A DNA stretch of 64,000 nucleotides. It comes from Obrimoposthia wandeli. Its lineage: Eukaryota. Location: the NCBI GenBank assembly GCA_977020255.1, contig CDROCS010003752.1, positions 124,001-188,000 of the forward strand, read 5' to 3'. Shown here piece by piece: positions 12,901 to 24,500 of this stretch; the first letter of the stretch is position 1; the number at the start of each line of letters is the position of its first letter. The translations under genes and the position numbers were made by a program. The notes below the pieces were generated by a model. That model made no database searches. It worked only from the letters and a program-made list of their open reading frames with translations, and was not told where the DNA came from.

Positions 12901-15900
12901 TACCAGACTTGGACTTTAATGGAATAGCTCGCGCGAATCTGCTAAAGACATCAACACAAGTTAAAATATATCGATATCCGTCGTTAATACTCGCATACGG
13001 AATCATTTCCATCAAATCTGCTTGCCATAAATCATTCGGGCCGCTCGTTTTGTATGATCTCGTTGGGACGTCTCATTGGTTTGTTTAAGCTGTAAGCTAA
13101 TTGATTTCTCAACCACGCCTGAGTTTCCTGCTTTGTCTTCTTTGACTCTTTTGCTAATTTTGAAACCCCTGTGTAACCGACGGGATGACTTGGATCGAAC
13201 CATATTTTCTCCATTGCAGCAAGACGATTTGATTTTTAAATTGAATTTAGGAATAGATGGAAGTGATCCCATATATAAATTCATATTATTGATTCGAATT
13301 TATGTTTATAATCATCGGTTTATTAGTCTACTAGCAAGTGCACCAACTATTGAGCTAATAATTGGTACGAGAAATCCTAAAAATCCACCACTTTGCTTAT
13401 AAAGCAACTTACGTTTACCGATTCGTGTTTTGGCATGAAACAAAGCAAGTAGAGGTTTCTTATGCCGATTCAGGTTAGCCTTGACAATTATTTTACCAGA
13501 AACTATTTTCTGTATCATATTAAGTAAATCATCAATTACAAAAGTAGGGAATGATTTAAGAATAGCTGGGCGGCGAATAGCAGGTGCACGCATGAGAGAA
13601 TTGAAATAGGCAATACTCCTAGATTTCTTAACAACAGTTCTTTTCGATTTTTGAGCAACCATTTTCCTTGCACTTAAAACTGATTTAATCAATTTTTTAA
13701 CTTCGGGTTTAACAGTTTTCTTTTTAAAATTCATCTTCTCAAAACTGGTTTCTTTGTTTGTTTATAAACGGTTATTCCCGATGGATTGAATACATCAGTT
13801 CTATCTCTAAAGTCATCGGGACAATCTTGAGTAAAATCAATAAAAATGTATCCATGAGGAATAGTAGTTGCATCTTGAAATGAATCAATTAAAAACTTTC
13901 TATTATTCGGGTAAGCTTGTCTTGAAACAAAATCAACAACCGTCTGATCACGTGGATTCTTGAAGAGAACAAGGTAATGTACATTTAAATTACGAGTTCT
14001 ATGGTTCCCTCCTTGATGAAATAGATTTTGTGTGATGAAAATAACAGTTACTTCCCGATGTCGTGCTATTTTAGTGAATAAATTATTGAAATCACTCTCT
14101 TTATTTGCTTCTTGATATAAATCATCAATAACAATAACATCATGTCGTTGTAATCGCTCAGACCAATTATCATCGAATCCATTAATGACTTTTATATTTT
14201 TGATTTTCTTAAACTCTTTACTGGTTAAACCAGCTTCTCCATCTCCTCCCTGATGCCAGTATATTTTATTAAACTTAAAACTAAAGTATTTATTATTTTG
14301 CAGTAATTTACATACAAAGTGTGTTTTCCCACTACCACTAGGACCTACAATCTGAAAAACTGAATTATTTTTTAAGTTCATATTAAAAATATTAGATTAT
14401 CGGGATAATGTTTATAAGACAAAACTATTTAAAATATTTTATTACGAAACATCCAGCAACAAACAATAAAAAACTCTTCTCGTAGAAAAAGCTCCTTTTC
14501 TCTTCTTTGTTTGCGAGTTTCTTCTGATTGTATCCCTGAATGAGAAGATTGACTGCCTTGTCGTGCACCATTCTTCTTACGTGCTCCTCCAGGGGTAGAT
14601 TTGAGACATCAATGAGTTGCAGGACATCTGGTTCTATGACATTCTTCGAGATGAAGCTCTTCACCGCCTTGTCAACATCTTGATTGAAATAGTTTTTAGA
14701 CATAATGATGATGAAGTAAAAAGTAATCTGCTTATATACTATACATCTGAAATCTGATTGGTTAATAAATACACTGACTAATAAAGACACTAAAGACACT
14801 GACTAATAAAGACACTAAAGACACTGATTAATAAAAACACTGATTAAAGATAAAGACGAATAAAATTTACACATAACGATTAAAAATACGTATTTGATGA
14901 AGCATAGCTTCATTAGGAGCAGCAATAGTCCGTTTAGCTTTAACAAGATTCGAAGCAGCAGTAACACCAATCGAATGAGATAAAAATGCAATATCAATGC
15001 AAGCAGCATGTAAACTACCATAATGACCACATACTAAAATCTTACCACCATTTTCGATAGTTTCTTTAATTATATTATTAGTCTGTTTATAATACTTCAT
15101 TATTGTTTCTCCTAATTTTGAGTTTACAAAGACAGAAGTATATTTTAATTTCTTATAAGATATTTTATCCAGTATAGATGTATTGATTACATGAGTGAAA
15201 TTGGAGTTCAAAATATTAGTTTCATCAAACCCATCTCGATAATTACCAATATATAATTGATTTACTAAAATCTCACTCATCGCTGTTTTGTTTAACTTTT
15301 CTACATTAAGTTGAGCAAATCTAGCACTAAAAAACTATCAAAAAGATGGGTCATGTGGTTCATTTCCATACTCGAAGCATGAGCTATTATGGGTTCCATA
15401 AAAGCCAAAGCATTTAAAAAATCTATCCGTCTCTTATCTTCAATAATTGGATCTATAATAATTTCTTCTTCTATCGTCACTTCTTCTATCGTCACTTCAT
15501 CAATAGTTTCTTCTCTTCTTATAACTGTTGTTGTTGTTGCTGGTGGTGATGATGTTACTGATGATGTTGCTGGCGATGATGTTGTTGGCGATGATATTGC
15601 TGGTAGTGATGATGTTGCTGGCGATGATGTTGCTTCTGGTGCTGAATTGATTTTCTCCATTTTATCAATTCCGAGTCAATTTAGTCTTATATATTAAACA
15701 AGGTTAGATTTCATTGGAGCATCAGTTTCATCATATGATTTGATTGGAGTATTATTCAATCTTTCCATTGTACTTAACATCTCATGTAAATGTAGTTGAT
15801 GACGTAACCTAAAGAGTTAAATAAACTACATATAAATATTACTCATGATTATTTTTCCTAATTAATGCATTGAGAATAACTGAAGCAAGATCTTTTAATG

Positions 15901-18523
15901 CATCCTGAACCTCTTTACATTCAATAATTTCATCCATTTTATGATAAAGCAAATCAAATATTGTTTATAACCCATGAAAAATCTATTTTTAGACCACAAC
16001 TATTTGCAACATTACAACGTTTGCAACTATTTGCAAGTATTGACATGTGATGTCTTTGTCTCTAAGATAAATCTATTTTTAGACCACATTACAACTTTTG
16101 CAACATTACAACTATTTGCAACTATTTGCAAGTAATGACATGTGATGTCTTTGTCTCTAAGATAAATCTATTTTTAAAACTATTTGGTTTAGGAAATAAA
16201 TAACACAAGTGTGAAGATCTATATTAAACAAAATACATTCAATCAGATACTCATAGTTTAAAGATTTAACACCGAGTATCATAATCTTCCCGCTAGCAAA
16301 AATGTTCACGCATAGGGGATTGTATTTGACGTATCGAAGTCCCGGGAAGATTTCTGGCTCGTAAACAGCTTCCGATCCCATACTCTTGCTCATCTTGTTT
16401 AGGTTTATTGATGTTTCTAGATTTCTGCTGAGACTGATTGATTGGATTCTTTCGATTTTTATATCAAAAGGAAGACTGCTTTCATCCAGCACTGTTTTGC
16501 AACCCATTATTCTGCATGTACCTAAATTATAATTATATATAAATGTAAAAATAAATTACCAGATTTGAAAATGATAATAGTGTAACCTTCACACTTGAGT
16601 CGATACTGATGAGGCTTCGAAGTCCGAAATGGTAAGTGTTGGTTGTTACTTACAACCATTCCCTTGTAATTAATATTCACTAATTTGATATTGTGAAGTA
16701 GCATTTCTGATTATTATAAACTGATTTCTTCTATTTATACAATTTGAACATCTATTTTTAGATTTGCTTAATTGCCTATGCTATGAAATCTAATATTTCT
16801 TACTCGTCTAATGATAATTGTCTTGCAATATGGACATGTAATAAAACGATCTGAACATTTAATACACGTGTTTAAGTGACCGCATGGTAAAAGTGCCACG
16901 GAAATCGCATCGCTCATGCAAACAACACATTCGGGATTTGGTAAGAGGTACTCGAGATAATTTATCCGATGTTTTGATTCAGATTTTATTTCTAAAGACC
17001 TTAAATCCGTTATAAACTCATATATAGAATCATATTTGTTACCGAATGTTTTAAACCTATTAAGTAAAACGGCTTTGATTCTATCATGACTGTAATCACG
17101 TTTCAGCAAAACTATTTGACGAGTTTCCATCTGAGCATCAATTTCATCATTACTAATATGATATTCAACAATACATCCGTTCTTGATTCCCATACTAAAT
17201 GCTTTACAATCTCGAGTATGAAAGATCAGACATAGTATCAATAAGGTCAAGTCGGGGTACTGCTTTCCGACAGAAACAACATCGATAAGAATCATTCCAA
17301 ATATATACATTATCGAAAATCGATAATGTAGGTATTTCAATACCATTAGAATAATTATTGCGCACAATAACTACTTTATCCATTGGAGTTGTATCAAAAT
17401 CAATTTGGGTGGTGTTGGAATCAATTATTGGTACGTTTGAAACATTCATTTTCAAAACAAACGGGCATCTTGGGAAAAATAGCTGATGCTGTTTCATTGG
17501 TTTCAGATAGTACTCCCATCCCGATATTCCTCCCTGACAGTAAATACACTTTACATTATCTTTCGAATCATCGTGCTTGTAAAATCCTGCTTTTGCTAAA
17601 GCTTTCTTAAAGCTTTGGAGGATAAACAATTGAATATTTCAATTTATAATTGTCAATATGAATTTCGAAAAGCTATATCTACCTATGCATACATATTATG
17701 GATATGAAATGCACTTTTTGAAGAAAGCTCATAACTATAATTTTATTTTTCCTGTCAACATCGAGCCGCTTAAATTTGATTTTGAAATATCAAATTTGAC
17801 TTCTGTGGATAAAGAGAGAATCAATATTCTCCTGACTCAATTCGGAATCAACTATGCGCTTCAGGAAAACAAATTCGTAATCAAAGGATCAACTGCCACT
17901 TTCAAGCATGAGAATGGAACAATATACGAAGCACCTCCTCCTAAGCTAGAATGGATTCTCTCAATCAGAATTCAAGGATGCAAGATCGGGCCCAGTGGAT
18001 TGGAAACTACGATATGGAAAATAATTGATGCTGTTAGAGTTGACTAATAAATTTTTGTGTCTTTATTTGTATTATTTTATATATATAAAAACAATAGTGA
18101 TACTTTAATATTTATTATGAAAATGACTAAAAAACCTACTAAATCATTAAAGACTAAGGTTAAAAAGACTATGAGTAAAAAGACTATGAGTAAAAAGAAA
18201 ATCATGGAGGGTTTGGGTATTCATATGATGGCAGCAAATCTTTTAGGTAGATGGTTTGGTGGAGTTGATAAAAAAGCTATAAAGCACAAAAAGAATGTGG
18301 ATTATTTGAGAGGTATACAAAATCAGAAACGAGTGCAAAAAGGAGATGGTATACAAAAAGGGGATGGTATGCTTGATATTTTTGTAAAATTAGATAAACT
18401 TACAAAAGCATTTGAAAAGGATCCTAGTGCCTATCTTGGTCCAAAACTAAACATTTTAGCAAACCAACCAAAAACTTTGTAATTACATTGCAATATAGAT
18501 GCAGAGTGTCTTTGTTAGACACT

Positions 18524-18580
<57 letters not shown>

Positions 18581-21500
18581 AAGAATAAATGTTACTATTG
18601 ATTACATAAAGATGCAAGTATTTGCAATATAGATGCGTGACTGTCTTTGTTAGATAGATATAGGAACGTTTAAACATGATTATCAAATTATATAATACTT
18701 TATTTTATAAGTAGATAGTTTAATTTAATTTAGTTTAAATAAATTTATCAAATTATATAATACTTTATTTTATAAGTAAATAATTTAATTTAAATTATAA
18801 AACACACACACACACACTAGATGTATTTTGTTGAATTGGTGTTAATACAGTCTTTAGATAAAAAGATATATATATTTAAAGAATGTTACTAAAAATAGAA
18901 TATTTTTGACCTCACCGTGACCTTAAGTTGTCCTCATGACGTCATGACCTTAAGTTGACCTTAACTTGACTTGACCTCATGAGGTCATGACTTACATCTT
19001 GTCCTCACCGTGACCTTAAGTTGACCTCATGAGGTCATGTCATCACCGTGACCTTAAACTGTGCTCAAGGGGGGGGGTATGCTCAAAATGTCTTTGTCCT
19101 GAAAGACACACATCACCCTACTTGATGTGTGTCTTTCAGGACAAAGACATTTTTCCTGAGCATAGGGGGGGGGGTCATGACCTCACGAGATCATGACCTA
19201 GATTTTTCCCATGACCTCATGAGGTCATGACCTACATCTTGACCTCACCGTGACCTTAACTTGACCTACATTTTTTGTCCTCAACTTGACCTTAAAAAAT
19301 CTTGTCCTCAGGGGGGGGCTTTGTGCCAGAAGTGCCACATCTACCTACTCATATCATCATTCAAGTAACAGACAAGTTGAAAGACAATTTCGGACAATCA
19401 GAGATTCATTAAATTTAACAATGAAAGATAAATGCTCTAAAAATTGGGCTGACGTTCTTCCAGAAGTAGAGTTCTCTATGAATACTACTGTACAAGCAAC
19501 AACAAAAAGAGTCAAATGGAATAATATTTGGATTTTTTTTTCTTGAATGGTTTGAAGAAAAAGAAAGAGACGAAGACACATTTAAAACCTACAAAAACAG
19601 AATTAATCAAAATAATGAAAATAACTTAATTGAAAATAATTATCGACATTTTAATATCGGCGATGAAGTATTGTTAAAAATATATGTTCGAAATAAGGAT
19701 GATAATCGCTAAGAGGGTCCTGGAGCCATAGTAAAGAAAATACATAATAGAGCTTTCAAAATAAAATTTCCCAACGAAATATGTAAAGAAAGGAATATAA
19801 AATGAATAAAACAATTTAAAACACCAAGGGAGATCTAATAGATTGTGTAAACTGTGGTTTAAGGACCTACGGTCTTTAGGTAATATGTATACTGGTGAAT
19901 GTGTGATTGTGTGGTATGTTTATATTGCTCAATAATGAACTATATATATCCTCAGCACAACAATGAATGTTGTTTATTTATTAATATAGTTATGCCTGAA
20001 CTTCAGTCTTCTAACAAGATTCTTTATAAAATACAAGACAAAATCCAACACATGAACCTTCACATTTTGAAACTACACAGGAAAGGCCTTTCACAAAAGT
20101 CCTATATCATTAAAAACTCACAACTTAAAAGCTTCCATAAGAAGTGTAATAACTCTAGTCTCAACAGTTTTATAGGTCCTTTAGTGGGCCCGATAATTTT
20201 GACACATTAAATGGAGCTACTTAGTCGTTTTTTCTCATGAAACCCAGGGAAAATATAGACGGGTGTAATCAGAGGCGGACCCAGTTTTGATAGTCAGGAG
20301 GAGTGAAGTATCTTTTGACTACATGTTCATTTTATTTTTCCAGATTTTTCATGTTTGATTGTGTGTTTCTTTTAATTGGTTAATTTAATTTATTCAATGT
20401 GTATAGTTACAGGATCTGTAATTGTATTGGCTGTTATTTTTATTTTATCTAAAGCTGCTTATTTGAAAACGGTGGCGGTTGCTAGCAAAAAAAAGTTTGT
20501 CTTCTGTTCACTTTTTATTTATTTCGTTTTTATATCCCGAGGTTGTTCATAGTGTTAGTCTTGGTGTTAATTTCAATTTCAATGTATCTTAAATATTAAT
20601 TATTACATAAAATAAAATTACCTCATGAACTTAAACTAATAATGGACATTTTGCATTTGTTTCGAACTATCAAATAAAAATGATTCCATATTAATCATTA
20701 TCTTGTAATGAGCTACGTTTTAGTCAATAAAAATATAAAAATAATATATTCTAAGATATTTAAAATTTCACTGAAAAAAAACTTATACACATTTAGAATA
20801 TATTTAAATTGTCTACAGTACATTATTTATTGAGTGCCCTATAATAATAAAAAACATTTTGAAAAATAAAAGCACTGATTATTTAGATTGATCTTGAAAT
20901 CTAATAATATTTTTTCATTTTGTCGGCACATACTCTGCTTACTCCCTAACTAGGTTCGCCACTGGTTGTAAACTACTTGAATTTCTTATATTTTCTAATG
21001 TAATATTTTGTTGCTTAAGGGGTTAAGATTTTGAATCGAAGTGACACTATTTCATATACCTAATATTACATTAGACGATAAATTTGGGAATAATAGGTCA
21101 AATTTGTCAAAAGTGTATATTTGTATTTTGTTATCCATAATGTTAATGATACAGGTCCAAAGTGTTGGAAGGGCTAGGTTTCAGTGTACACCATGATAAG
21201 AAGACACACCTGATGTGATCGATGAATTTGCGGCTCTTGTCGCTGAAGCGGATCGTGTCGGGGTCCCACTGGATCTCAAGGGCCTCTAGCTGGGGACAAT
21301 TCTGTGCAAAGGCCTCCACGATCTGGTCGATGTGCACTCGCGTATTGTACTTGTAGAACCATCCATCAGCAGCCCCCAGGACGCAGATTCTAACACGGCC
21401 AAAGGCCATCATAGGACGATGAGCATATAACACTGTTCATTATTATTTATATTCTAGGTGTTCTGAGTTGAATTTGATGAATGACTTATGATGAAAGATT

Positions 21501-24500
21501 ACGATTTTTGAAATGTTTACCAAATATAACTCTAAACCAGGGGATAAAATGAAAATAAAAAGTACATAAATAAAAAAGGTTATAAATTAATAATGAGAGC
21601 CCTGTGTTGATGTAGGATGCTAGTGCAGAAATAAAAGGCATCTTTAAACGCAAATCACCTCGTGTAGTAATGTTCAATCGGTTTCTATTTTTTGTCACCA
21701 ACTTACTCACATGACTAAAGCCCGGTTCTACTAAGTAGGAAGTTTAAAATGCAATCAAAATCGGCTTCAAATGCTTCCATAAATTTGGTTAAGATTTACA
21801 TATGCTTTGATTGTACCATAAACGTTCATTTCCATTTAATTGATATCGCAAGTTTGCAACATAATGATTCTGAAACTCTATTAATTTTTCTCGCTAATCA
21901 ATTTCACAATCCATTACTTGAATTTCAAATGGATTTATTAACCCTCAGGAACAATAAAAGAAAATATATATTGAAATAGTTAAACCATGTCACTATGCAA
22001 TGATTGCAAATAGTCACAATATGTGATTAGATCCTCATCAACCAATTCATTTTTCAAGCTATAAAATCTTTGAAATTGGTGGGGTTGAAGTCTGAATACG
22101 TACATTGTATATTGTGCTGACTTAGCAATGAATGCAGCGATGGATGATTTTCAGTCTTTTAGAGTTTTATTATTTCCTTGCAGGGACACATCAAGATCGC
22201 TGAGCTTAGAAATGTGTCAGAAAGGAAAAAAATATGTTCTTCAATGCAGCAATGAGAGAAGAGGATAATAAAGTGTCTTGAAATAATTCGACGATCGTAT
22301 CAAAGAGTTCAACAAAACGAACAACACAGTTTCCTTCAGACAACCATCGTACTTCAGTATGGTATAAAGTCTCACACTCTGGTCACCATTATCGACACAG
22401 GGTTGACAAAAAATTCTATCAGACAAAGAATTTGATTTGATTTTGTTACTGTTTTGATAACCAGATGCAGGGCATCATTAATATTTCCATTAAAGATTTT
22501 GACAACTAAATACTGTCAGTGAACCACCCAATGAACTGTTAAAACTAGATGGGAAATTTTGAGTTCCAAGAGATATGAGAAACCTCGATATCTGCTCACC
22601 AACTCAGGCGCTCCATCAGATGCTCATGCAATAATGTTGTTCATTGGAATATTATGCTTCATAAAAAGAAGCTTCAATATTTCCAAAATATATGAACCTT
22701 TGGAGTCAAGCAACAATTGGTCAGTGAATAACATTTCTTCACAGGGTTGAATGTGTTCATTAAAATATCTGACATAAACCATCATCAGGCATTTATTATT
22801 TACAACTTTTGACTCATCCACTGGGATAGAAATCTCTGAGCACTGGAAAATATGGATATTTGGTGTTTGACATCAATCGCCTTTTCATAAATTAGCCAAG
22901 AAATAGTGTCATTGCTAAGAGGAATCGTTTCAATAATGTAATTTAACTTTTCATGTTTAACAGTAGAGTGCTTCTTCATTAACAGGTCGAAGAAATGTCT
23001 CACCAATAGTGGGAGAATTGCCATTCTTTGCTATTAGAAATACAATATTATATGACGTAATCATACCATCATCTTGTAGTACAGATAACTTTTTAAATTA
23101 TCACGTCAATGTTTTCCTCTTTTCAAAAGTAGCCTTATGTTGAAAGAATAAGTGGGAAAACGGATTGTCTTTAAACTGTGCATGCTTTGAATGTAAATGA
23201 CATTGAGGCGTGAATGTTTCATGGCTTCATTGCTCAATGTTTGATTGCATATAAGACACATTGGCAAGTCGTTGCTTTGAGAATCAATAAAGTCAAAGGA
23301 TATGTATTCAATGCTGTATCAACGCCAAACGTTTTTTGGTAGAGGCATCTAAAAGGCACATAATTATATTTAACAAATTAAAGAATAAAAAAATACAAAT
23401 TAGGTAAATAATTAATTTACAATGAATTCATAATTTAAATATAAATTATTATTAAAAACAATAAAAAATCGAATAACATAATTTATTAAATTTTGAATGC
23501 TCAAGGAGTTTAACGAAAATCTCATAGTCGGAACCTTCAGAGTTTTAAATGTTTTCCTGAAACCAAACTCATCTATGTAGTTACTAGTCACAAAATTTCA
23601 CCTCGACATGAAAAGTATATTTTAAATTCCAGTAAACAGTAAACAGCTGATGTAAGAACGAAAAGTGAACCAAAGTCTAGATGAAATATTAATTTATGTC
23701 GATTTTATAAATAGGTAAATTTTAAATTAAATATATAGCTTAAAATTGATTTTATTTTCTAATGCTCAAATGTCATAACGCCCACCATTTTTATACAGTT
23801 ACTCAGAGCTCACTCAAAATTTAAAATCGCCCACGTTGAGAACCCCTGCTTCAAACAGATAAAATGGGCATATCTAATATATCACTGATAGACCTCAATT
23901 TAAGCCTTCGAAGATTTAAAAATGGACAGTTTATTTTTTTTTAAATTCAATTTAAAATATTTCATGTATAATTAAGTACTTTATTCATAATTAATAAATC
24001 CGATCAATCGTAATATTAAATGTGGAAATGTACTTTTCCATTGAAAGAATAATATTTTGTAAAACATACCTTTTACCCCAACAGTCAAGTTAGAGTCAAT
24101 TAGGAAAATTTAAATATCATTTATACTATATGCTAACTGCAGTGTAAATAACTTTATAGATTTTGTGAATATGAAAAATTGGAAACAAAACGAAGAAGAT
24201 ATTTTACAATATTTTGACTATCTGAAAGAAGGAAGAAAACCAGCTTCACCATTATCAATTGTTTTATAAAGGAAATGTAAATGCATTCTGGACTATCACT
24301 GCTGTTTAAATTGAGTGAGGCTTTTTAAGCAAGTACAGGTGCTGGCGTATTACTAAAGAGAAAGTTGTTAAATTTCTGTCTTCTGCTCCCGATACTTGTG
24401 AATACGTGCACACGAACCAAGGTATTGTTTAACCTTTTATATTAGTTTGAGATGTGGACAATCAACAGATCTGATTTGGAATTTAATGATACTACATGAA

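Larger units (their letters stand above)
3235..19349 (-). mobile_element. Full-length Maverick/Polinton (adintovirus-like endogenous virus), 16,115 bp
   Basis: Ends AGTAGGTAGATGTGG...CCACATCTACCTACT; perfect 6-bp TSD CATATC (3229-3234 and 19350-19355); complete core gene set. Confidence 0.97.

Noticed and set aside
13012-13402. ORFs 13012..13284 (-) and 13076..13402 (+)
   Set aside because: Wrong-frame or antisense to the integrase N-terminus.
15389-15697. Plus-strand hydrophobic GDDV-repeat ORF
   Set aside because: Antisense of the S/T/P-repeat ORF; all neighbouring genes are on the minus strand.
18483-18686. ORF with IYIYIY run
   Set aside because: Translation of a (TA)n microsatellite.
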